DNA of 64,000 nt. It comes from Stylophora pistillata. Its lineage: Eukaryota. Within the stretch, counting starts at the first letter, position 1. Each line of letters starts with the position of its first letter. Below are positions 11,601-23,143 of this stretch, one piece after another. The stretch lies in assembly GCF_002571385.2 (NCBI RefSeq), contig NW_019217964.1, positions 470,174 through 534,173 on the forward strand. The letters run 5' to 3'. The notes beneath the pieces were generated by a model. That model did not search any database, was not told where the DNA came from, and saw only the letters and a program-made list of their open reading frames with translations. The translations under genes were made by a program, and so were the position numbers.

Positions 11601-14600
11601 CCCTATTAGTGGGACAAAAAACTAGGAAAAAGAACTCTTAAATATAAATTAAATCATGAATAAGCTCTGCTAAGCTTCTTGCTAAGTTAATAAACAAAAC
11701 TGGAAAAAATCTTTGGACACTTTCCATCAGCTGCTCCACTCTTTTTCTGTTGCTAGGATATTTAAAGGAACTAATGGACTATAAATAAAGAAAGAGTTAA
11801 ATACCAGTAAAAGTAACTGAGTGACTTACTTGTAATTGTGGCACTAAAAACAAGGAAGAAGCATGCATTTTTATTGTCTCTTGTCACTTAGTTTATAGGT
11901 ATGGTTTAAGTGTAGATTCAGAAATAACCAGAGTTAAATATTGCTTTATGACTTCAGAACAGTTCCTCTTCAAAGACTGTGATGATTTTATTCTCTGTTT
12001 AAGTATCCACACTTTTTGAAGAGAGCTGGTAACAATCTTCAAGTTATGCTTCAACGACGAAAGAAGTACAAGAATCGCACAATTCTTGGCTTTAAAACAC
12101 TAGCTGTGGGCCTTGTTAACATGGGACAGGTTAGTTATCATTTCTAGGTACTTAATTCTGTTGTGGCTAACATGATGTGGTTGTTACTAGGAAACAAGGT
12201 TCATTGTGTTGTATCAATTGTTGTAAGGCTAATGATAATATTCACTGATGTCTCACCAGGTTCTCCAACATTCCGTGGACAATCAACTAAAGTTGTACAT
12301 GAAAGGAAGTCTTGTTCCCGTGGCCCAGGTTACTGTTAATTCCCTAACCAGGTAATGCATGATGTTATCCAACATTGTTTCCTGTTCGTGGTAATGCAGG
12401 TTTCCTCTGAATTATTGAAAGTTAGCACTGAACAGTATAACATAATTTTCACATTTGTGTGATGGTGAAAAAGAAAACTGGAATTAGAAGATGGGTGGAA
12501 TTTGACTTTATTATTTAGTCATACTTCAGCTTCCAGAAATTATATATAGAGCTGAAATAAAAGATTATTTACTTTAGGTGATTATGTCTTTGGAAAGTCA
12601 TCCCAGTGACAGTCAGTTTCCCAGGTTCACCTGTAGTCACTTGCACTTTTAGACAGGAGACATCTCCACAGCTGATATTTGAAAAAAAATGAGGTGTTTT
12701 TGCACTTCTGGAGAAAAGTCTGGGCTTTTTTTTTCCAAATTTTTACTAATTCTTTTTTCTATGTATTTCAAGATGATGTTTCAAATGATAATTTTGGTTT
12801 AGTTTTGTTGGTTGTAAAGGTCTGATATATTGATTTTTCTGTCTTTATTTTCAGTCAACCAGTTGAAACAGATGGAAACCGACTAACTGGATCGTTAGTT
12901 AGAGGTAGTTCAAGTAGATAATATTCAAAATTATCATAAGACCTGTCCAGTCCTACTCTAACAATCCCGCTGAAAACCATAGTGAAAGCTGATGTGTGCA
13001 GCCTGCTAGGTGGGTCCAAGTGAGCTGGTCTGGAAGAAGCTCTCCAGCCCTGCTGCCCTTATGTTGCCTTGTTGCAAAAACTTCAAGGAAAACAGAAATG
13101 AGTTAAAAAATGTTGCATTTTTCTGGATGAATTGGGAGTTTCTAGTTCTGACTTAAAAAAAAAAATAATAAAGGAAAGGTTTAATTATTGCAGAATTTTT
13201 ATTTGTGCTCTGTGCCTGTGTGTGCCTGTCTATCGTGTCCTATTTTGGTTGGAATTTTCAACATTTAGTGGTCATATAATAAAATTCTTATTGACTTAGT
13301 TTGGTTGGGCTGGACAGGAAAATATGTGGCTCTTAGTCATGAAGCACAGACCTTGCTGCACTTGGTCTGTACCTCATGACCTTGAGCCAAGTATTCTCCT
13401 GTCTGGCCTTCCTACTCAGTCAACAAGTACATATTATGTACTGTAACTGTGGCTGCAATTACCATTTTTTTACACTAGGGTTTGTTTCATGATGCATATG
13501 CAAAACTTAGAGTTTCTTGAATTTAAATTTGAAAAATGCCTAGGTTCTATTTGATTTAATGCCTTTACTTGTACACACCATTGATTAGATGTTACTCTAT
13601 TTCACACTTCAGGTGATGGTGATGACAATTCTAGTGATGATGATGATGACTTCTCACTGTCTGACCAGGAAGGAAGTGATAGTGGTGGAGATGCTGTAAG
13701 TTTATTATCTGAATCCTCAGTGCAGGGCATGATTTCAGACAACTGATTCACTTAGATTCATCGGCTGTAAATAGCAATAATTAATAAAGGGAAAAATCTA
13801 ATGTCAATCTCAGTTATTTGGCTCAATATTGTAATCTTGGAATGTGGGTTTTACTGGTTGTATTTTACATGAGTGTGTTTATTTAGACAGTGGATGTCAT
13901 TTGTGAGAGGTAGCAAAGTTCTTTTATTTGTATTTTAAAGGCTATTTTAGATGTGGAACAGAGACAAGGCGGGAAAATAAGACATGGAAAAATAACTATT
14001 CCTGCAAAGGTTTGGAAAATACATCTAATCAGATTTTATTCAAATGGCATAATATCATTAATATTTGAAAGAGAGTTTTATGCGTAGTTACTTAACATTG
14101 TTATTAATGTTTGGGCTTTGGAAGAAATTTCTGCAGTAGTAATTGTTTTGCTTCTGGGTGATCTTGGCAAAGACCCGCACCAACATGGATTTTTGGTTGT
14201 AGTTAGTTATAAGCTTTCATTCACAATGTATGAAATTTATTTATTCTTTTTTTTCATTCAGCACCAAAAGAATTTTAAACAAAAGTTTATAGCACTCTTA
14301 AAGAAGTTTAAAGTTCCAGAAGAAGTAAGTAATATGGTTACCAAAATTTGTTTTGTAGACATTCATGCATTGTACATGACTGTATGTAAAAATAGTAACA
14401 AATTGATTCATTTCACCTTTAGGAATTTGAAAGTGAAATGGGAACATACCCAGATATTGACATCAGTCCTCCAGAAAATGAAACTGCTGATGATTTCCTT
14501 TTTCCTGACGATCTGGAGGACTTGGACAGTGATGCAGAAAATGACTTTCTTGAAGACACCATTAGCATTGTGTCAACACCTAAACCATCTTTAAGGTATT

Positions 14601-17600
14601 TCTAGAATGTTTGGAACAGTACGGATCTCTTTAACTTCATAAGGCCAAACTTTTGTCTTGATCACATTCGTAAATATTTTTTTAGACCTTACTTTGATCC
14701 CAGAAGTTCAACTGAAAATGTGCCAAGTCATTCTTTGGTGAGTATTAGTACTATCAAAGAGGGCCTAGTAAATAAATGCTACTTGCAAAATAAATCACTT
14801 TCAATAGTGCTGTATATGCCAAGTTATTCAGCCTTGTAGATTACAAAAGTAGAAGATAGCTGTAATTTCAGATATTTTAATACTCTGGCTTCGAGAAGTA
14901 TTTCTGAAGCATTTGTGTAAAGCATTTTTTAACTTATTGATTTTTGTCTATTTGGTAAATTACTTACTTTGTAAGTAAACTTTTCTGATGCGTAACTTGC
15001 CCAGGAATGCAAAACCCCATGTAGTATTTGAATGTATTGATGAGTTTTCTCTATTTTAGAGTGATCAAGGAAACATTCACTGTCCACAATTCTCTATTCA
15101 AGTGGAAGGAGAAGACTTGCAGCCAGATTATGAAATGGTGAGCACATGATGGTGTAATGATGATGCAATAGCTCTAAGGGTGACTTGCAGGAATTGGGGA
15201 GGGAGGAAGGGGGAGAGGGNNNNNNNNNNNNNNNNNNNNNNNNNNNNNNNNNNNNNNNNNNNNNNNNNNNNNNNNNNNNNNNNNNNNNNNNNNNNNNNNN
15301 NNNNNNNNNNNNNNNNNNNNNNNNNNNNNNNNNNNNNNNNNNNNNNNNNNNNNNNNNNNNNNNNNNNNNNNNNNNNNNNNNNNNCTGGGGCAAAGAGGAA
15401 GGGGGAGAGGGGGCTGGGGCAAAGAACAAGGGGGAGGAGTGTGTGAGACAGAGAAGTACAAAACATAGAAGAGAAAGTGAAATCAAAATTTGAAGGATTA
15501 GATTGGATTGGGTGTCTGTTCCTGCTTCCTTTGTGCTCTCTGTATAGTCTCATGTAGAACTGTAGGAGGTTTGGTCCATTTGGTCTCAACCACTAGTGGT
15601 CCTCTTGTTTCCAGGATGTGAGTCCCCACTCTGATGGAGATAACCTGTCAGACATCACAAACTCATCTGACCCCTTATCAGGGTCTGGCGGTGTTGATGA
15701 CACACCCTCAGTACGGCGCAGTGTGTCATTCAAGGAAAGAAGAAAAACAGAAGAGCCAGACACCTTAACAAAAAGGAGAAATAGTGATATTGACCTGCAG
15801 GTGGGTCCAAATGTGTCTTATTATTGTTCAAATTGATGTCCTTTGTAGTTTTTGGATTGTTATTCAACACTTCATTTTTGTCTACCGAGAAATGTTACAC
15901 TGAGATTATTTTAATTTGTCAGCTACCCAGAGGCACCTTGAATGAACAACTTAGCAATGTACTGTCAGGAGATACTGCCATTCCTGAATGCATTCTGTTG
16001 ATCAGTACTTCTGAGTGGCAGGGCCAGGTAATTGTTTAACATTCATTGCTCATTTTGCATTTGGAATCTGTGGTGGGAGTATTATTAAACCTCTCTAATT
16101 CTCACTTGATGTGTAGATCTTTGGTTTTAAATAAATGTTTGTAACTTAACATTTCATTATCAAACTCATAAGTGGGCTTGATATCAGTGTTACATTCCAA
16201 GGTTGTTATTTTAGGTTACTTTTTTGTAGAACCATATTTTTGTCATGGTATATTGTTAAGTGCAATTTCCTATTTTAAATAGGTTTAAAAACTTTTCACA
16301 TAATGGCTGAAATTATGTAAATATTTTGTTGTGTTTTAAGAATCTGATAGCACATGTTTGTCTTATTTTTTGCAGCTTTTGGCATTGAAGCTCTGTGGGA
16401 AAGCTGTGAAGATGGTCTGTACAAGATCCAGTGCTGATGTGCAGGCTGTTTTTCTAGCCATCATCAATAGATACCAGAAATTGTAAGCAACATGTTTATA
16501 TATCTTTCTTCTGAGAAAAGAAAACTTTTACCTCTGCACTTGGAATTTGCATGTTGAACTCAATTATTTTGAATTCATGGCTAGATTGCAGAATACCCAG
16601 CCACTCATTTACATGTCATTGAATAAGAATAGCCTCTATTGTGTTATGCTTCGTTCTTCAAAGCCTCCCAACACAGGTAAATGAGGTGGCCGGGTATTCT
16701 GCAATTGCTCCAAATTCATGAATGAATCAGTGGGTTTGTAAAGAAACTGACATGTTTTGTTAGCTGGCAAGAGGAGTTATGAATGAAGGAAAGCCAACTT
16801 TTTAAAGAAATCTTTGCTCTTCCTTATCGAAATGAGGAAGGTCTTATGTCAGCTAACTCAATCCAGCACAAAAAATATAAATTAAGCAACTTCAATAAGA
16901 TATTGAACTGAATTTGGGTGTCAGCCATTTTAAGTTTTCTAACATGAATGAAAGATGTGGTCTCTCATTCTCTCTCACCACAATCTTGTTTCTTTTGTCA
17001 GTATTAATACTCATTCAGCTTCCCCGCCTCAGCTGGGTGTGGCCATTGCAGGCACAGAGTCGTATCTTAGTGCTGTTGTTCAGCCGTATGTGGAACACTT
17101 TTCATCCAAGCCACCAGACTGGCAGACCTTCCTTCGGTTTCTCCTTATTCCTCTTGGTAAGTTTTCTTTAAACTTCTGCAAAAAAATGGTCTATTGTTAG
17201 AAGACAAGTGATTCAAGAAGAAAATTGAGGGAAAACTTTCTAAGTAATTCTTCCATTATGATAGTATATCACTTGAAAGTTTCATTGAAAAATTCACCTT
17301 GGCCAGAAGTATTAGCTTGACTATGTTGCTTGGCAACATTTTGGTTTTCAAGGTTTACTGTTGTTGCTGTGCTTTGTATTCAGATGGTCAACCGCTGGCT
17401 AGGCACATTGGAGGACTAGATGCACGGTACCACTCACTTTTTATGGATAACTTTTGGAAAGAGGCTTTTGAGCATTCAGACACTGATATTGGTAAGTAGG
17501 GAAGTCTTCTTTAGTTTTTGTTTACTCTAAATTAGTTTATATGAAAATGAAAGGATAGTTTGACAACTTATCCTATGCCATTTCCTGTGGTGATACCTAC

Positions 17601-20600
17601 ACATTCCTTTTTTTGAGTGAACTGCAGAAGCAGATCAAGGATACGTACGTATCCACTTCTAGAATCCTGACCACATTATGGTGGTGTGAAATACTCCAAT
17701 GTACTATTGTGATGCAGTAAATGGCTTGAACCCAGGGGTAACATGTGAAAATGTAGTGTGATCGTCCGGGTGAGTGTAGTCCTGAGAAGGACTGTTGTCG
17801 GTGGTAGTGACTGACGCTTCGACAACCTGTGCGGAAGTCATCATCATAGTCAAGTGAATAGTTGTTGTCAGTAAAATGTTCTTATTTCAGTTCGTGTAAA
17901 ATGATTGGTCAGTTTTGCAGTGATGTTATTGGCTGTAAGACTCTAGTGACGTAAGTCGATCGTGATTACTAGACGAGTCATCCTACAACCCTGCATCACA
18001 CAAAGCCACAACTATCAGAACTCTAACACGACGCGCACAACTAGTATGCGACTCAACAGGCAGCTTATCCGACGAGAACAAATACCTTCACCGTGTTTTT
18101 TCAAAGAACAACTACAACGACGACTTCAACCGACGAAACACTCACCGACCCACTACCACTACCGAAACAAAAGACACCGCAACTCCTACGACTACAGCAG
18201 CCATACCGTACATAAAAGGCATGTCTAAGAACATCTCGCGCATCTTACAACCGTTAAATATTCGCGGTGCCCACAAACCCATCACCACACTACGTCAGTT
18301 ACTAATCAACGTTAAAGACAAGGACAAACCGAGGAACAGAGAGGGAGCGATTTATAAGATCAATTGCTCCGACTGCCAAGCCTTCTACATCGGAGAGACT
18401 GGCAGAAACCTCGCAACAAGACTGACTGAACACAGACGGGTGACGAGGAAAGGTGATGTCAACAATCACATTACTGAACATCACCGACTTACGAACCACA
18501 ATATTGACTGGGACTCTACGCCACGCCTAACCTACAGCACTCTGACTACTTTCAACGACCGACCCGGGAAAGCTGGTTTACTAACTTAGAACAGACTCCC
18601 CTAAAGAGGTGTCAACTACTACCGGCTCCATACAAACGACTCATCCACGACATAAAAATTACAGAGGAACCGAACAGAACGACGTAACTTTACCGACGAA
18701 TCGAAACAGACCAATCACGACCGACTTACGCCACTAGAGTCTTACAGCCAATAACATCACGGCAAAACTGACCAATCATTACACTTGACTCTGCTGATGA
18801 CTTCCGCACAGGTTGTGGAAACGTCAGTCACTACCACTGACAACAGTCCTTCTCAGGACTACACTCACGTGAACGATCACATTACACTTTCACACGTACT
18901 ATTGTGGCCTGGTTATTTACTTCGCTTGACTAGAATAATATTGTTGTTTATTTACCCGGGATACTATTTTATTTTGGCCGGGGGGGGGGGGTGGTAAGTT
19001 TCTAACTGAATTGGTCAAGATAGTGTCTACCATTTGCCTATGGGTGAACGTTGCTGATCTGAGAAATGAAAAGACTAGTTTCCGTGCGATTGTTTTTTTC
19101 CGGTCACGTAAGATTTCAGTGTTAAATAAATGGGAACTCTTTTGTGATAATGTATCAATGATATGTTATAAAACAAATGGTAAATACCACAGCGTACACT
19201 ATTGAGTTATGGATGCACTTGGGAGGTTTGCGAAGCACTCAAGAAGCTAGAGTCGCTCACCAGTATCCCCTCGCGCGACTTTCTCTTTTAACAAAGAAGT
19301 TGCCATTGTCACAATGAAATCCAAGGATTTTAATTATTTTCAACATTGCAGTAAATGGTTTGAACCCGGGGGTAACATGTGAAGGTGTAGTCTGATCGTC
19401 CGGGTGAGTGTAGTCCTGAGAAGGACTGTTGTCGGTGGCAGTGAGTGACGTTTCGACAACCTGTGCGGAAGTCATCATCAGCCATCATCATCATCAGCTT
19501 GACTCTGATGATGACTTCCGCACAGGTTGTCGAAACGTCACTCACTGCCACCGACAACAGTCCTTCTCAGGACTACACTCACCCGGACGATCAGACTACA
19601 CCTTCACATATTTTCAACATTGTTTTGAGCTTACCTTAAAAATGAATGTATCATGAACTTTTTATGTGTAACTGTAAATAGTTTTACTTATTATAGTGTT
19701 CTTAATTATATGTAATTAGGTCCACATCATCCTTTGGCTGCTATAGTCTAACCTACTCAATTGAAGTATGTATGAATGTACTCTTACGCTTCTTTCGCGC
19801 TTAGCAACCTCCCGCGTGTATCCATAACTTAGTAAGTGTACGCTGTGGTGTCGACCATTTGTTACATACTATAGTCGACACTGTACTTTACTATACTATA
19901 GTGGACACTTTCCTTTGCTATTATGAGGTACTTTAGTGGACACTTTACTTTACTAACGTGTTGTACTATAGTGGACATTATACTTTACAATTTTGTTGCG
20001 CTATTGTGGTCTTATAATCTTCTCTGATTATTTTTCGGAATTTTGTTCTGTCAGATTTCGAGGAAGTGAGCAGGCGAGTAGAAAATTTGATGTCAACAGC
20101 TACAACCACGCACAACTTACCGATTGCTGAGGCTCTTGTGAATACAAAACCAAAGGGGTGAGAGATAGCTTAGCTCGGTGATACCGGTAGATAAGCCTGT
20201 CTCTACTAAGCTTTTGGGATGCACCTATAGAATATATCCAAGTCTGTTTGAAATGCTTGATTTCGGAAAGTTCTTATAGTCATGTGATATTGGTTTTCAT
20301 CATCTAGATCAGAGGAAGGATCTTCCCAAGTGTTTTTGCCTTTTGTTTGTGTAAGTAATCAATTCGATGTAAAGCGTCAAACGATTGAATGAAAAATGAT
20401 ATTACATTAACCAGGAAGTTTATTCTTTCAAGGTTTTATGGGAACAATCGTATCATTTGATATAAACATGACTTAGGGGGTCAGAAATTCTTAAAAGACA
20501 GACTATGTTGGTTTTGGAAAAAGTAGTTTATAACTACTTAACCACCATGATCGAAAGAATCTTAACCGCCTCCCAGTTAGCTCAATGGATAGAGCGCTGG

Positions 20601-23143
20601 ACTGTTGTGCGGGAGGTCGAGGGTTCGAGCCCCGGCCGGACAAACACTCACGGTCTTAAAACAAGTGAGAAGAATATGCTACCTTTCTACAACAAGAAAT
20701 GGTTAGATACTCTAGTCTTCTCGGAAAGGGACGAATAAATGGAGGTCCCGTCTCCTGCAGGGTTAGGGGTGGGAGACGTTAATTTCCCAATTTCCCACGC
20801 ACGAGATTACTGTGTGATGGATGTCCTCCCCTGGGGTGGTTGCTGGGTGGGAATTGGCCCTGAAAAGCCCCCATGGGGAGTGGTCAATTAACATATGTTT
20901 GTATGTATGTATGTAATCTTCTAGTTTGATTTTGCGGCGGGCGGCAAGTAATAAAACTGAGTTGAATTTACGCATTTTCCATCCTTGTTGCTGCAAGAAC
21001 TGAATATCACAAAAATTATCTCTCAACTAAAATTTCATTTCTCTCGAGACACAACAGCTTGTTATCGTAAAATTCAAGGAGTCGCTAATCTTCCAAATAA
21101 ATTCCTGGGTACTTCATACCTCACGGTATGTAGAAAAACAAGGAATCTGAAAATGTCTCTATCATTCCATGACTGGATCCCAGGGTTCTTCAGCCATCGT
21201 CACCGGGCCATTTCACAACTGGGGGTTTCTTCCTTAGTACCTGCCGGAAAACTGGCTGAATTTTTGAGGGAGGAGCTGGTCGTGAGTCATTGAGAATGGA
21301 ACAAGATATACAGTAGTTTGACTTGTACGTTTTCATTGCAGGATGTTAAGATTGGATCGGCTGACATATACCAAGGTACTTCACTGGTTAGAATCATTAT
21401 TCATCGTTTTTAGCGTTTAACTTTATTGTGAAGTTTTTTAATTCAAGCAGACGAGGAACCTGTTGCGACAAGTGGAATACCAACGAGCATTGGAGCTAAA
21501 AGTACAGGGGCTGTCTCCAGGGCTGAAAGTCAAGCTCCTGTTCCGGGATCTTCGCAAACGCCTCCATTCTCAACCTCTCCTTTAAGTGGGTATGCTAATT
21601 ATTTCTATCTTCTATTACAGACGTTGAGGAGATTTTTTATTCATCCATTATATACCTTGTATTGCTTTACTGCTTGTCATAGTTTATGGTAATAAGCTAG
21701 TAATGTGATAACTTTTGAACGCTATGTGTTTTACTTCTAGCTTTCCATTTGTCGCCTTTTCTCCCACTGAAGCTTTGTTTCCTTATAACGATGCGATCAC
21801 CAGGAAAAGCGGCTTCATCGACAGAGGCGATCGCATTATCATTTTATCTACTCCAGAATACTCTTGCATCTGTGATTACAAACGATCGCAGCTATCGCAT
21901 GGAAACTAACCCAACTGCCTGATCGAGTTTTCGGGTATTATAGCTGTGATATGGATACCGGGTTCATTCCCTTTGCTCTTCGATAAAAAAAATCATAATT
22001 CCCGATGCTTGGTATTTTTTTACCCACCAGACTTCAGGACAGCAGTGGAGGGAGCCTGTGCTCAAGTGAACAGATGGATCTTCAAGTAGACTATTGGCTT
22101 GCGGCAGGGAATAAAAAAGATATCAACAAAGTGAGTTAGGTCACCAATTGCACAGTACCATCTGCCTTTTTAATTTTTCTCAATCCCTGTTTTAATTTTT
22201 AGTCCTCGCTTAAAACAACTTTCAAAACGCTGGTGGTCACAAGACTTTCAACTCCTGAGGAATCATCTGCACTTTCAGTAATGGCCGTCACCAAGGAACG
22301 CAATAAAAGAGGTCTGAGCTTTTGAAATGCTGTTTTTATTGTTAGTGTGAAGGTAGCGAGGGTGGAAATCAGTCCTGTGTTTGCAAGACAGTTACTTAGA
22401 AAAACTAGGAACCTCAACGAGTAATCACGATTTTGAGAATTGAAAACAGCTAGGGGCTACTCTGACTATTCAATTCCAGCCATAACTCTTAGTGTATTCT
22501 CAGGCTGTGTGGCGGAGCTAGGTTGTTATTGGTGGGGCGAGTAAGGCGTTGAAATTTGTTAAATGTTGCCATTTTTTCTTTGTCACAGGACTTGAGGCAA
22601 TGATGCGCTCCATGAAAAAATCAAAAGAGAAAGACACTGATTCCAAGAACCAGCCAGTGATGGTGAATGTATCCAAACTGATCTGCACCACTAAAGGACA
22701 AAGCAGCACATTAAATGGTGAGCTCCTCATATAGTCTTTATGTATTTGATCCTGTCATGTTCCAATTCAATTTCATCAAACGTCAATTTATCAGTGATAT
22801 GTCACGATTTGAGAATCAAAACAACCAAGCTTAGGAGGTAATATAAGTTATTATTAATGTGCACTTTGCCTTCGTATAGCAGTAGATTTGAGTAAAGAAC
22901 TTTGACGAATGTGTTGATTATTATAGAGTTTTTCTATTTACAGTTGTTATTGACCGTGTGACTTGGAGCAGGGTCAAGAACGTTGTAGAATCTTTTGACT
23001 GTTATTCTGTTTGTCTATTTACAGTTGTAATTGACGGTGTGACGTGGACGGGGGTCAAGTTCTTTTCACTGTCATCTCAGTGGCCTACTCATATTAAAAA
23101 CTTTCCCATCGGCCTGTTCGGCCGAACTGAGACCACTTGTTAA
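2689..23143 (+). CDS. PACS: Phosphofurin acidic cluster sorting protein (PACS1/PACS2 orthologue), 25 coding exons, ~840 aa
   Basis: Exons, all GT-AG and phase-consistent, total 2523 nt: 2689-2810, 10305-10392, 10537-10626, 12004-12129, 12260-12351, 12855-12904, 13613-13695, 13941-14009, 14262-14324, 14423-14595, 14686-14737, 15060-15137, 15615-15800, 15923-16027, 16376-16482, 17002-17156, 17384-17491, 20055-20157, 20308-20350, 21342-21375, 21451-21589, 22031-22130, 22203-22311, 22589-22717, 23025-23143. PACS motifs: [113 protein letters not shown]. Confidence 0.93.
6559..7564 (+). mobile_element. 5'-truncated L2-type LINE inserted into the larger LINE
   Basis: Host frame KTSKGT|GLDSIP is split exactly here. 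The insert encodes an ORF2 C-terminus (AWGQA..., YNTRS..., [10 protein letters not shown]) and ends with AATAAA and GTAAAAGTAAA. Confidence 0.85.
6742..6814 (-). mobile_element. Extreme 3' end of an L2-like LINE/SINE inserted in reverse into the 6559-7564 fragment
   Basis: Reverse complement reads GAGGGCCACTAG...TTACCCTC GTTAAATAAAG TTGATTAATTGATTGA (stem-loop, AATAAA, TTGA repeats). It interrupts the host frame WGQA...YLEKLL. Confidence 0.7.
9136..9371. mobile_element. Palindromic Penelope-pLTR-type element with hammerhead-like motif (family B)
   Basis: ~90-bp inverted arms (9190-9280 and 9287-9374), a ~55-nt extra left tail, and 13-bp TSD ATTTTTATTATTA (9123-9135 / 9372-9384). Motif gct-CCGACGA-agggctaacactc-GAAAC-GTC-agc at 9283-9316. 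Confidence 0.75.
9773..9813. repeat. (ATT)n microsatellite
   Basis: Direct reading. Confidence 0.9.
10885..11490 (-). mobile_element. Degenerate L2-like LINE 3' fragment in PACS intron 3
   Basis: The minus strand encodes remnants of an ORF2 C-terminus ([32 protein letters not shown]) followed by an AT-rich 3' UTR. Confidence 0.55.
16585..16705. mobile_element. Small MITE
   Basis: TIR ATTGCAGAATACCCAGCCAC-TCATTT / AAATGAGGTGGCCGGGTATTCTGCAAT. Confidence 0.65.
17712..18895 (+). mobile_element. 5'-truncated Penelope-like retroelement with inverted pseudo-LTRs and GIY-YIG endonuclease (family A)
   Basis: [30 protein letters not shown] (ORF 18221-18589, frameshifted). Inverted arms 17712-17967 and 18714-18895, ~30-nt extra left tail, 11-bp TSD GTACTATTGTG (17701-17711 / 18896-18906). 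Mutated hammerhead motifs in both arms. Confidence 0.92.
19349..19608. mobile_element. Non-coding palindrome of two inverted family-A pLTRs
   Basis: Perfect ~103-bp inverted arms, 29-nt left tail nearly identical to that of the 17712 element, and 14-bp TSD TATTTTCAACATTG (19335-19348 / 19609-19622). Confidence 0.9.
19500..19544 (+). ncRNA. Minimal type I hammerhead ribozyme motif (Penelope-type)
   Basis: tgact-CTGATGA-t-gac(ttccgcacaggtt)gtc-GAAAC-GTC-actca. Core intact, palindromic ACGT stem III, one mismatch in stem I. Confidence 0.7.
20564..20914 (+). mobile_element. tRNA-derived SINE in PACS intron 19
   Basis: A box TAGCTCAATGG, B box GGTTCGAGCC, body, (TATG)n tail and 6-bp flanking repeat AATCTT (20558-20563 / 20915-20920). 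Confidence 0.85.

Larger units (their letters stand above)
19172..19863. mobile_element. Palindromic MITE-like element split by a LINE 3'-UTR-like fragment and a Penelope-derived palindrome
   Basis: Arms AACAAATGGT..CCACAGCGTACACTTA.GAGTTATGGAT...AGAAGC (19172-19256) and their reverse complement (19780-19863). The insert ends with a (TATG)n-like tail at ~19768-19780. Confidence 0.7.

Noticed and set aside
15094-15589. ORFs spanning the first N gap
   Set aside because: Artefacts of N runs and a GA-rich low-complexity flank inside PACS intron 12.
17805-17852. Active hammerhead in the left pLTR of the Penelope element
   Set aside because: Core mutated at both conserved boxes (ATGATGA, GAAGC) on the minus strand.
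19257-19656. Identical short ORFs on both strands
   Set aside because: Consequence of the perfect palindrome; no coding signature.
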